Source: Candidatus Latescibacterota bacterium (lineage in GTDB: Bacteria > Latescibacterota > UBA2968). Taken from it: a stretch of DNA of 64,000 nt. The stretch spans positions 5,056,001-5,120,000 of the forward strand of contig OZ242311.1 of NCBI GenBank assembly GCA_965207885.1, read 5' to 3'. This document shows, piece by piece, positions 19,097-28,662 of the stretch; position 1 is the first letter of the stretch, and every line of letters begins with the position of its first letter. The position numbers and the translations under genes are program-made. The notes beneath the pieces were generated by a model. That model searched no databases and was not told the DNA's origin. It was given only the letters and a program-made list of their open reading frames with translations.

Positions 19097-20335
19097 ATGT
19101 CCAACACCCTGAACATAGCCACAGACATAGAATCTCGTTTCCAAATGGCGCTGCAACACGCACGCGGGGCAGCGCCAGGCTCGGGCGACTACAAAAAAGC
19201 GGTTGAACACCTCGAATACATTTTGTCTGTCGATGACCAGAGCGAGGAAATGGACCGCGTCTGTTTTTTGTTGGGCAGCCTGCTCGACGACTTTCCAGAA
19301 AACGCATCTCGAGCCATTGCCGTTTACCGCCGGGGTTTGGAAGCCGATCCCCTCTTTGCGCCCGGGCACAACAACCTGGGCGTTTTGCTCATGCAAGATG
19401 GGCAAATCCTATCGGCTCTTGGCGAATTTAAAATCGCCGTACACCTCGAACCCGATTACATGCTCCCCTATCGCAACCTCGCCCGATTGCTCTTTCAACA
19501 CATGAGCCCGGCACAAATGGAACGCGAATACGCAAGCATCACCGAAGAATTTGGCGTTAGAGCATCGCGCATTCTCGCCCGCCTATCTCTCGAACTCATA
19601 GACCTTGGGCGCGCACAGGTCTATGAAAGCCTCTACACGCACGGCCATCGCATCAAAAACCTGATGGGTCTCTCCGGCAGCCGAATGCGTCGCGCCATAC
19701 GCAATTTACCGCCAAATACCGACGGTTTGGATGATCTGAAAGACATCGCAAACGAACAAGAACACATCTACAGCCAATGGGTTGCCTACTTGCGGTCTAT
19801 GAAACAAGACACTATGAATCCCGCGCTGGTCGATGTGTCCCAACTCATTGAAAAAATGACCCACAGACTCTCTGCACAAGCAGGGGACAAAGAACTCATC
19901 TTTGCCGCCGAACCTCATGTGCCTCAGGTAAAAGCGGACGCTGGCATGTTATCTGAAGCCGTCACAAACCTGACCCTCAACGCCATCGAAGCCGTTGAAA
20001 ATAATGGCGTGGTGAGAGTACAGGTCGGTGCCGATACAGAGCGCAGTTCGGTTTATATTGAAGTGGAAGACAATGGCCCCGGCATTCCCGAAAATTTGCA
20101 AACCCGCATATTTGACCCCGGATTTTCAACGCGAGAAAGGGGCAATGGCTATGGGCTGAGTATATGCTCTCGCATTGCAGCGGCACACCGCGGTACGTTG
20201 CGCGTGATCAGTCGTCCGGGTGCAGGCGCGGTTTTTCGCATTGACCTACCCATCGATTTTGAAGTCTCAACACAACACGACAGCATTGGCCTGCAACACA
20301 ACGTACCCGATACCTCGCGCGATCCAAATAGCTGA
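19097..20335 (+). CDS. Soluble TPR-containing sensor histidine kinase
   Basis: TPR helices (AIAVYRRGLEADP..HNNLGVLL..AVHLEP), H-box GHRIKNLMG, N-box NLTLNAIEA, DNGPGI, G.GYGLSI; no TM segment. Confidence 0.88.
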   Translation: MSNTLNIATDIESRFQMALQHARGAAPGSGDYKKAVEHLEYILSVDDQSEEMDRVCFLLGSLLDDFPENASRAIAVYRRGLEADPLFAPGHNNLGVLLMQDGQILSALGEFKIAVHLEPDYMLPYRNLARLLFQHMSPAQMEREYASITEEFGVRASRILARLSLELIDLGRAQVYESLYTHGHRIKNLMGLSGSRMRRAIRNLPPNTDGLDDLKDIANEQEHIYSQWVAYLRSMKQDTMNPALVDVSQLIEKMTHRLSAQAGDKELIFAAEPHVPQVKADAGMLSEAVTNLTLNAIEAVENNGVVRVQVGADTERSSVYIEVEDNGPGIPENLQTRIFDPGFSTRERGNGYGLSICSRIAAAHRGTLRVISRPGAGAVFRIDLPIDFEVSTQHDSIGLQHNVPDTSRDPNS

Positions 20336-20362
20336 AGAATTTATTCAATAAGACCCTCTCCC

Positions 20363-21772
20363 ATGACTGAAATTATCGTTGCTGACGACCAGATAGAAGT
20401 CCTCGACATGCTGATTCGAAGCCTGCGGGAAGACACGCGCAAGGTCCATGCCTTCTCTACCGGACGCGAAGCTCTGGCATATCTGCAACAGCATCCCAAT
20501 CAGATTGGCCTGGCCATTCTCGACCTCGATTACGGACCCGATGAACCCGATGGCCTCGAAATTTTGCCACAAATGCTCGAATCGGTTCCCGACCTGCCCG
20601 TCATTATGCTCACCGGACAAGGCACAATAGACACTGCCGTGGCTGCACTGCGATTGGGCGCAACAGACTTTATTGAAAAAGACTTTTATATCGAAGACAA
20701 AATCGAACTCAGCCTTGAAAAACTCGACCGCGTGTATCAAGCACTTAAGGAAAACGCCCAACTGCGGGCCGAAGTTCAGGACCTGGGGCGCGAAAACCAA
20801 TTCTACCGAGACGAATTTGGCAAGCGTTATCAAATCATCGGCTCCAGCCCCAAACTCCAGCAAATCCTCCAGCGAGCGCAAACCGTAGCTCCCATCCCCC
20901 GGCCCGCGCTCATCACGGGAGAACCCGGCACGGGCAAAGAACTCGTCGCCGCGGCCATCCACTATGGCAGTGACCGCAAAGACCGTCCCTTTGTCAAAGT
21001 CAATTGCGCCGCCATTGCCGACCAATTGCTCGAAAGCGAACTCTTTGGACACGAAAAAGGGGCTTATACAGGCGCGACAGAAGCCCGCACGGGCAAATTT
21101 GAAGCCGCGAGTGGCGGCACCCTGTTCCTCGATGAAATCGGCAACACCACCCCCGAATTTCAGCAAAATGTGTTGCGAGCCATTGAATATAGCGAAATTC
21201 AGCGCGTGGGCAGTGCGACACCCATCTTTGTCGATGTTCGCGTTATTGCCGCCACGAATACCGACCTCGAAACGGAAATTGCCGAAGGTCGATTCCGCCA
21301 GGACCTCTACGACAGATTGCGCTTTGAAGTCTTGCACATGCCCCCGTTGCGCGAACGCCGAGAAGACATTCCCGCATTAGCCGATTATTTTGTCGCACAA
21401 ATCGTCGAAGAAGTACCAGGCCTGCAAAAACGCGATTTTTCCGATGCGGCAACAGAACGCCTGATGACATATAGCTGGCCGGGCAATGTGCGCGAACTCA
21501 AATTTGCGGCCGAACGCGCGGCCTGTGTCGCCCGAGGGACAGAGATTGAACCGGGCGATTTGCCCCCCGAAGTTTCTCAACAAGCGCCCCAATCACCCGA
21601 ATTGAACGACGGTTTTGAATCACAAGTGCAATCCTATGAACTGAGTCTATTGCGGCGCATTCTCGATAAAGTCTCCTGGAACCAGCGCGAAGCCGCCAAA
21701 CAACTCAAACTCAGCTACGACCAATTTCGCCACCTGTACCGCAAATATAAACTCAACAAAGAAAAACCCTGA
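20363..21772 (+). CDS. Sigma-54-dependent response regulator: receiver domain, PspF-like AAA+ domain and HTH
   Basis: Receiver ADD..LDL..T..K; GEPGTGKE, ELFGHEKGAYTGA, LFLDE, WPGNVREL; PspF-like DLYDRLRFEV and NQREAAKQLKLSYDQFR. Confidence 0.93.
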   Translation: MTEIIVADDQIEVLDMLIRSLREDTRKVHAFSTGREALAYLQQHPNQIGLAILDLDYGPDEPDGLEILPQMLESVPDLPVIMLTGQGTIDTAVAALRLGATDFIEKDFYIEDKIELSLEKLDRVYQALKENAQLRAEVQDLGRENQFYRDEFGKRYQIIGSSPKLQQILQRAQTVAPIPRPALITGEPGTGKELVAAAIHYGSDRKDRPFVKVNCAAIADQLLESELFGHEKGAYTGATEARTGKFEAASGGTLFLDEIGNTTPEFQQNVLRAIEYSEIQRVGSATPIFVDVRVIAATNTDLETEIAEGRFRQDLYDRLRFEVLHMPPLRERREDIPALADYFVAQIVEEVPGLQKRDFSDAATERLMTYSWPGNVRELKFAAERAACVARGTEIEPGDLPPEVSQQAPQSPELNDGFESQVQSYELSLLRRILDKVSWNQREAAKQLKLSYDQFRHLYRKYKLNKEKP

Positions 21773-22208
21773 TTGCTATGGCTCTCGACATCCCTGTTCG
21801 GGCAAATCTCCAATTCTTTCGTTGTCTCAACGACAGCATATCTTCCTGGGCGAGCCACCTGCCCATTTTGTTCCTCGCTTCATTTTTGGCAATACTCCTG
21901 AGTGCGGTATCGGGCACTTTGCTCCTGGGCAGCTTATATGCTGGCTTTGCCATCATGACCTTGCGCGCGCAGCAAGGAGCAAAACCCCGCATGCGAGATC
22001 TATTTGGGCAGATCATTCGTTTCGTCCGTTTTTTCTCGATGAATATTTTCATCTTCCTATTTTTTATTATCGGTTTAGTCATCATTGCGGTACTGGTTTT
22101 TATGAGCAGCGATTTCTTTGCATTTCTGCTCAATGCATTCAAACAGGTCATTGCCCAGGAAACGCCTTGGGCTATCCCCTTTGGCTCAGAACACATTGGA
22201 AAATTCTT

Positions 22209-23406
22209 CATAGTACACGACAAAAAATAAAAGACCTGTGAAAAAAGCTAAAAAGAGTTAGGTTTGAATGTCCCAAGACAAACCTTTCTCATCTTAACAA
22301 GGCACAGGTCTATGTCTCCTGAAACTATTGAACTTCAAACGATTATGCAAGGATATTTTCACTGGCATAAAGCCCGAATAACGTTTACCGCTGCGTTCAT
22401 ATTGTCGCTGATAAAATTGCGTAGCGTCAATTTTATGAAACTGGCAAACGCACTCAATGGAACCGTCAAGCAGAAATCTAATTATCGTCGTATCCAACGC
22501 TTCTTTGCCCACTTTGCCTTACCCTATGCGTGTGTGAGACAATTGATCTTGCACTTATTACCTATAAAGTCGGATTTTATAGTCTCAATAGATCGCACCA
22601 ATTGGAAGTTGGGAAAATTCAATATCAACATCCTAACCGCAGGCATTATCTATGAAGGGGTCGCCTTTCCTATCTGTTGGCACTTGTTAAAAAAACGGGG
22701 CAATTCCAATAGTGATGAGCGTATCCATTTGATGCAAGAAATGCTCAACTGCATCTGCAAATCGCATATCCGCGTTGTCGTCGCAGACAGAGAATTTATT
22801 GGAAGAGAATGGTTTAGGTGGTTAGACACACAAAATATACCCTTTGTTATTCGCATCAAGGAAAACGCTCTTGTCTCATCAGGCGGTAGAGAGATCCCCA
22901 TAAGAAAACGGTTTGAAAATCTTAATATCCATCAGCAGGTCAACTTGTGCAAACGCCACCGCGTTTATGACCTGCCTGTATATCTGTCTGCACTAAGATT
23001 GAAGGACCAATACCTCATTCTTGCCAGCAACCAAAAAGGTCAAGCCGCATTGGATACCTATAAAAAACGATGGGGCATTGAAGTCCTTTTTGCCAATCTT
23101 AAAAGTCGAGGATTTAATCTGGAAGAGACCCATCTTATACATCAAGACCGCATTGAGAAACTCATCGCGCTTTTGGCCATTGCCTGCATCTGGGCGCATA
23201 TCATCGGCGAATGGATAGCAAAAACAAATCCTTTGACGATCAAAAATCACGGGCGGATGGAGAAAAGTCTCTTCCGATATGGGTTGGACTATTTGCAGTA
23301 TGTCCTGCTCAATATAAACCAACAAACCCAACAGTTCCTCATATGCATTCGTTTACTGAGTAATCCGCCACTGTTTAAAACAATTTAAGTTTTGTCGTGT
23401 ACCATG
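22209..23406 (+). mobile_element. IS4-family insertion sequence, copy 1 (1198 bp)
   Basis: TIRs CATAGTACACGACAAAA / TTTTGTCGTGTACCATG; 9-bp TSD AAAATTCTT (22200-22208 and 23407-23415). Confidence 0.93.
22312..23388 (+). CDS. IS4-family DDE transposase
   Basis: IDRTNW, ADREF and YKKRWGIEVLF (YREK-type) motifs; ATG at 22312 is conserved in copy 2. Confidence 0.93.
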   Translation: MSPETIELQTIMQGYFHWHKARITFTAAFILSLIKLRSVNFMKLANALNGTVKQKSNYRRIQRFFAHFALPYACVRQLILHLLPIKSDFIVSIDRTNWKLGKFNINILTAGIIYEGVAFPICWHLLKKRGNSNSDERIHLMQEMLNCICKSHIRVVVADREFIGREWFRWLDTQNIPFVIRIKENALVSSGGREIPIRKRFENLNIHQQVNLCKRHRVYDLPVYLSALRLKDQYLILASNQKGQAALDTYKKRWGIEVLFANLKSRGFNLEETHLIHQDRIEKLIALLAIACIWAHIIGEWIAKTNPLTIKNHGRMEKSLFRYGLDYLQYVLLNINQQTQQFLICIRLLSNPPLFKTI

Positions 23407-24558
23407 AAAATTCTTAGAAGAAAAAAATCTCTTTTGGGCCGTCATTCTGGTAGCTTGTCTCTTATTTTTGCCAGGCCTCGTTTTTGTTGTCAAATGCTTC
23501 TACATCTATCTTCTGGCAGCAGACCGGGGGGTACACATCGATGAAGCTTATGTCGAAAGTCGCAAAGCCGTAGAACGCTACGGTTTCTTTCGCCACTGCG
23601 CGCTTATACTCACCGCGCTCGGAATTCTTGTCGGCTCAGTGATACTCGTCGAGAACATCGTCGATAATACCTTCGCCACATTCTGTGTCTTTGTTCTCTT
23701 TCAACCCCTCGCGCTCGGGATTTTTGCATCGGCCTACAACCAGACCCTCTGCGAAGAAGCGCGACAGTGGGAAAGCTACAAACAACAATTTTCGGAAATG
23801 CGCGATGAATTGCAAACAGCGCACGACATGCAAATGGGTCTATTGCCGCAATCCAGTCCCGACCTGCCGGGTTTTGCACTCGACGGAACCTGTATTCCCG
23901 CCAACAGCGTCGGCGGGGATTACTATACGTACCGCTGGTTGGATGAAGACAAAACAAAACTCGGCATCGTCGTTGCCGATGTCTCTGGCAAAGCCATGGA
24001 AGCAGCCGTGACCGCCGTGCGTTTCAATGAAATGCTCCGCTATGAATGCCAAAATCGCGTTGTACCAGCCGATATTCTCGACGGTCTTAATGACTCACTG
24101 GAAGGTCAGATTGACCAGGCCACATTTATTACCTGCTGCATCGCTGTGCTCGACGTACCCACCGGCGAAGTCACGCTTGCAAGTGCAGGACACTGTCCAC
24201 CGATCCATCTATCCAATCAATCTCAATTTATCGACCTCGCGGGATATCCCCTTGGCATCCCGGCACTTATACGCCCCCAAACTCCCTATCGAGTTGAGCA
24301 TTTAACACTCGCGCCCGGTGATCGCCTCATATTATACTCCGATGGTGTCGTCGAAGCCCAAAATGCCAAACGCAACTTCTTTGACGACGACCGATTTATA
24401 CGTTGCCTTGAACGCGCATCCATAGACCGGACACCCACAGACCTGATTGCCGATCTCGTCGCCGATGTCAAATCCTTTATTGGCAAAGCGCGGCGCACCG
24501 ACGACATAACCCTCGTTATTCTCCAGCGCGATTTATCCCTTAACTCCTGACCCATCTC

Positions 24559-25728
24559 ATGATGACCAACGCCCGCTTCATACTCATACACTATCACGAA
24601 ATTGGCCTCAAAGGCAAAAATCGGGGCAAATTTGAACGGCGTCTGATGACCAACATCAACCGCGCACTCAAAGACGTACCCTGCGGAAAGCTCGAGCGTC
24701 TATCGGGCCGCATGATGCTCGCACTCACCTCAGAATCGCCGATAGATGTAATCCGAGAACGACTCTCAACAGTCTTTGGCATCGCCAACTTTTCCGAAGC
24801 AGTGGTCGCCAAACGCAATATCGAAGCCATTCGAGAAACAGCCTGGACACTCGCACAAAAAACCGACTTTCAATCATTCAAAATTGTCACCAGGCGCGGC
24901 GACAAAACCTTTCCCATCAATTCGGATCAAATCAACCGGGATGTGGGCAAGCATATTCAAACCCTGTCCGGTGCCCGCGTCCTGATGGACAACCCAGACC
25001 TCACCTGCTTTATTGAAATTGCCCCACAACGCATATTTATCTACGCTGAAAAAATTCCGGCACCAGGGGGTTTGCCCGTCGGTTCCAATGAAAGCGCTGT
25101 AAGCCTCATCTCCTCGGGCATTGACTCACCCGTGGCTTCTTACAAAATTATGAAACGCGGTGTCAAACTGACTTATGTGCATTTTCACAGTCAGCCCTAT
25201 ACCAATCGCAATTCCCAGCGCAACACCGAAGACCTCGTGCGACTCCTCACCCGGCATCAATACGTGTCGGACCTGTACCTGGTGCCATTTGTCGAAATTC
25301 AACGCCACATCATGATGCGAGCACCTGCGAGCTATCGCGTCATTCTCTACCGCCGCGCCATGCTGCGCATAGCAGAAGCCGTTGCCCAAAAAGTCAATGC
25401 CCTCGCACTTGTCACTGGCGAAAACGTCGGGCAGGTCGCCTCGCAAACCCTGTCGAACATGCGCGTCATCGAAGAAGTGACCCCGCTACCCATCTTGCGT
25501 CCATTAGCCGGTGACAACAAAGAAGAAATCATCAATGAAGCACGGCGCATTGGCACATATCATATCTCCATCGAACCCTATGAAGATTGTTGTTCTGTCT
25601 TTGTACCCAAACACCCCGAAACGCGCGCCAATTTGGAAAAAGTCCGCGAAATCGAATCCGCGCTCAACCTCGCCCCCCTCATCGAACAAACCCTTGAACA
25701 AACCGAACGCAAAACATTCAAATTTTAG
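24559..25728 (+). CDS. thiI: tRNA 4-thiouridine synthase ThiI (no rhodanese domain)
   Basis: YHEIGLKGKNR, THUMP domain, PGGLPVG, SSGIDSPVA PP-loop, GQVASQT, EDCC. Confidence 0.95.
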   Translation: MMTNARFILIHYHEIGLKGKNRGKFERRLMTNINRALKDVPCGKLERLSGRMMLALTSESPIDVIRERLSTVFGIANFSEAVVAKRNIEAIRETAWTLAQKTDFQSFKIVTRRGDKTFPINSDQINRDVGKHIQTLSGARVLMDNPDLTCFIEIAPQRIFIYAEKIPAPGGLPVGSNESAVSLISSGIDSPVASYKIMKRGVKLTYVHFHSQPYTNRNSQRNTEDLVRLLTRHQYVSDLYLVPFVEIQRHIMMRAPASYRVILYRRAMLRIAEAVAQKVNALALVTGENVGQVASQTLSNMRVIEEVTPLPILRPLAGDNKEEIINEARRIGTYHISIEPYEDCCSVFVPKHPETRANLEKVREIESALNLAPLIEQTLEQTERKTFKF

Positions 25729-25733
25729 CATAC

Positions 25734-26657
25734 TCATTTTGTACCTCCCACCTTCTCTTGCCAGACCTCCAGCCCCTGGTATGCTTCAAAAATCGCCTCA
25801 ATCAAATACCGAATCGCCGCACTAAAATAGCGCCCTCGCCGCCACGCCACACCGATCTCGCGGCTAAATGCCACCCTCTCCACATCCACCACCTTTAACG
25901 CCCCGGCACTTAGGGACTCCTGCACAGTTAGCATAGGCAAAAACGAAATCCCAACACCGACCTCCACCAGCTTACGCATTGCCTCCGGGCTTCGCATCTC
26001 CATCACCACGCCGGGAGACACGCCCGCTTCTGCAAATCGCTCATCCACAATTTTGCGCGATATGGAATCCGTGTGAAACAGGATCAAAGGCTCTTGCACC
26101 ACCTCTTGCAAAGTCGCGCTTTCTCGCGCGGCAAAAGGATGAGATGCCCCCACCACAAGCGGCATAGAATCCCGATAAATCGACACCGTCTCCACGCGCG
26201 GATGATCATAAGGCAGCGAAATAACCGCAAACTCAGAGCGATTCATCAGCAGATCATCTACCAGATAGCGCGATGGTGCTACCTGTGCAGACAGAGAAAC
26301 ACTGGGATAAGCACGCCTGTAATCCTTCAAAATATCCGGCAACAAATACGTCACAGCCGCATCAATCGCGCCAAACTGAAACCCCTCCCCCGGCAACACA
26401 TCGCGCCGCTGCAAGTGGTCTTCTACCTCTTCGACCAGATCCTGAATCTGCATCGCATAGTTCACCAGCGTGCGCCCTTCCATTGTCAGCGCCACGCGCT
26501 TACCACCCCGGTTAAAAAGCCTCACCCCCATTGTCTTTTCCAATTCAGCAATACCACTGCTCACCGTTGGCTGAGTCACATGCATCTCCCGTGCTGCCTG
26601 ACTAAAACTCCCGGTTTGTGCAACAGACAAAAAATAGCGCAAATGATAAAGATTCAT
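25734..26657 (-). CDS. LysR-family transcriptional regulator
   Basis: MNLYHLRYF..GSFSQAAREMHVTQPTVS..I..LE..G..LF.R; GGAG RBS before ATG 26657. Confidence 0.93.
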   Translation of the reverse strand: MNLYHLRYFLSVAQTGSFSQAAREMHVTQPTVSSGIAELEKTMGVRLFNRGGKRVALTMEGRTLVNYAMQIQDLVEEVEDHLQRRDVLPGEGFQFGAIDAAVTYLLPDILKDYRRAYPSVSLSAQVAPSRYLVDDLLMNRSEFAVISLPYDHPRVETVSIYRDSMPLVVGASHPFAARESATLQEVVQEPLILFHTDSISRKIVDERFAEAGVSPGVVMEMRSPEAMRKLVEVGVGISFLPMLTVQESLSAGALKVVDVERVAFSREIGVAWRRGRYFSAAIRYLIEAIFEAYQGLEVWQEKVGGTK

Positions 26658-26683
26658 ATCTCGCTCCAATTCAAAATACAATC

Positions 26684-26700
26684 TATAGATTTTATCTATA
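26684..26700. promoter_or_regulatory. Palindromic LysR-type operator between lysR and ino1
   Basis: TATAGAT-TTT-ATCTATA (ATAG-N7-CTAT, contains T-N11-A) in the divergent intergenic region. Confidence 0.65.
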
Positions 26701-26796
26701 AATAATATAGCAATTATTGATTTGTCTAATAAGAAAAAATCACAGACATTTGTCCGACAATATTTTATGAACTCTTTTCACGCAAGGAGAAGAATC

Positions 26797-27882
26797 ATGT
26801 CCTCCAAAGTCCGAGTCGCCATCATCGGTGTAGGCAACTGTGCATCCTCCCTTGTACAGGGCGTCGAATACTACAAAAACGCTTCTGAAGATGATTTCAT
26901 ACCCGGATTGATGCACCCCAACCTGGGCGGCTATCACATCCGCGACATTGAATTTTCCGCAGCCTTTGACGTCAATGCGAAAAAAGTGGACAAAGACTTG
27001 AGCGAAGCCATCTTTGCCCATCCCAACAACACCATCAAATTTGCCGATGTCCCCCACCTCGACGTTCCCGTTTACCGCGGCATGACCCACGATGGACTGG
27101 GCAAATACCTCGATCAAGTCATAACAAAAGCCGAAGGCGACACCGTTGACATCGCCGAAATCCTCAAAGCCACGCGCACAGATGTCGTCGTCAATTACCT
27201 GCCCGTGGGCAGCGAACAGGCCACCAAGTGGTATGTGGAACAAGTCCTGCAAGCCGGATGTGCCTTCGTCAACTGCATGCCCGTCTTTATCGCCAGTGCC
27301 GGACACTGGCCCGAGCGTTTTGAAAAACGCGGCCTGCCTCTCATCGGAGACGACATCAAATCACAGGTCGGCGCCACCATCACCCACCGCGTGCTCACCC
27401 GCCTGTTCCGCGAACGCGGCGTCAAACTCAGCAAAACGTATCAACTCAATTTTGGCGGCAACACCGACTTTTACAACATGCTCGAACGCGAACGCCTGGA
27501 ATCCAAAAAAATCTCCAAAACACAAGCCGTCACCTCTCAGCTCGACTACGACCTGGGCGAAGACAATATTCACGTTGGTCCCAGCGATCACATTCCCTGG
27601 CTGGAAGACCGCAAATGGTGTCATATCCGCATGGAAGGCGAAACCTTTGGCGGCGTGCCCCTCAACCTGGAACTCAAACTCGAAGTCTGGGACTCACCGA
27701 ACTCAGCGGGCGTGGTCATCGACGCAGTCAGGCTCTGCAAACTCGCCCTCAACCACGGCCTCAAAGGTCCCTTGATGGGACCATCGTCTTACCTCATGAA
27801 ATCGCCACCCAAACAATTTAGCGACGATCAAGCTCGCGAAATGACGAGTGACTTTATTCGCCAGTACCGCATAAAAGAGTAA
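26797..27882 (+). CDS. ino1: myo-inositol-1-phosphate synthase
   Basis: [52 protein letters not shown]; RBS AAGGAG before ATG 26797. Confidence 0.96.
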   Translation: MSSKVRVAIIGVGNCASSLVQGVEYYKNASEDDFIPGLMHPNLGGYHIRDIEFSAAFDVNAKKVDKDLSEAIFAHPNNTIKFADVPHLDVPVYRGMTHDGLGKYLDQVITKAEGDTVDIAEILKATRTDVVVNYLPVGSEQATKWYVEQVLQAGCAFVNCMPVFIASAGHWPERFEKRGLPLIGDDIKSQVGATITHRVLTRLFRERGVKLSKTYQLNFGGNTDFYNMLERERLESKKISKTQAVTSQLDYDLGEDNIHVGPSDHIPWLEDRKWCHIRMEGETFGGVPLNLELKLEVWDSPNSAGVVIDAVRLCKLALNHGLKGPLMGPSSYLMKSPPKQFSDDQAREMTSDFIRQYRIKE

Positions 27883-27894
27883 AATCTCTCTCCC

Positions 27895-27981
27895 ACACAG
27901 TGTTTGCCATTTGGCAGGCACTGTGTTTATCTTATATTTTAAGCGACCCTGGGCTTTGTGCCCCTGGTCGCTTATTTTTTT
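27895..27981 (+). terminator. Two consecutive hairpins after ino1; the second is followed by a U-tract
   Basis: ACACAGTGTTTGCCA/TGGCAGGCACTGTGT (27895-27926) and TAAGCGACC..GGGC/GCCC..GGTCGCTTA followed by TTTTTTT. Confidence 0.6.
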
Positions 27982-28019
27982 AACAATACAATCCACCAGA
28001 AAGACAACCAATGGAAAAT

Positions 28020-28505
28020 ATGCAAAAGTTAAAACATCACGACATTGAGGCATATACAGAACGGACCAGAAACGGACCCTGCTTTATATGCGAAATGCTG
28101 GCGGGTAAAAACCCCCATCACATAGTCTATCAGGACGACTTTGCAGTTGCATTCATGAACAAATACACGCGGCTCTACGGATATGTCCTGGTGTCTCCCA
28201 TCAGACATAGAGAGCATGTAACGAGCGACTTTACAAAAGACGAATATTTGAGAATCCAGTCTCTTATATACGACATTTCAGAAGCTATCAAAAAAGTCGT
28301 CAGCACGGAACGGATGTATATCCTATCTCTTGGGAGTAAACAAGGAAACGCGCATGTACATTGGCATATAGCTCCATTGCCCCCTGGCGTTCCCTATGAG
28401 AAACAACAGACTAAGGCCATCAGCCCACGCGAAGGAATTTTGGATATTTCTGAAAGTGAAATGGAAGCCCTCGCTAACCAAATACGAAAGGCGATGGAGA
28501 GGTAA
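28020..28505 (+). CDS. HIT-family hydrolase
   Basis: CFIC, GYVLVSPIRH and HVHWH triad; start could also be 28011. Confidence 0.88.
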   Translation: MQKLKHHDIEAYTERTRNGPCFICEMLAGKNPHHIVYQDDFAVAFMNKYTRLYGYVLVSPIRHREHVTSDFTKDEYLRIQSLIYDISEAIKKVVSTERMYILSLGSKQGNAHVHWHIAPLPPGVPYEKQQTKAISPREGILDISESEMEALANQIRKAMER

Positions 28506-28662
28506 ACTGTACAAGTTTTCTACGCTCACCCATCCAAAACATTGCGACAAAAATCATTTGATTTCTATTTCTAAGGGACTAATTTACCCGGTACCTGTCC
28601 CGTAATCTCAGAGGGCCAAGAGGAAATCATCCCCTGAACCATTTAGAACACGAGAAAAAATA

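Larger units (their letters stand above)
21778..24550 (+). pseudogene. Membrane-bound PP2C/SpoIIE (RsbU-like) phosphatase interrupted by an IS
   Basis: Removing IS 22209-23406 and one 9-bp TSD joins ..HIGKF|LEEKNLFWAVILVACLLFLPG.. in frame (about 521 aa); VGGDYY, ADVSGK, SAGH, YSDGV and DDITL motifs intact in 23468-24550. Confidence 0.88.

Noticed and set aside
27895-27981. Riboswitch or sRNA upstream of the HIT gene
   Set aside because: No recognisable aptamer motifs; the hairpins are adequately explained as the ino1 terminator region.
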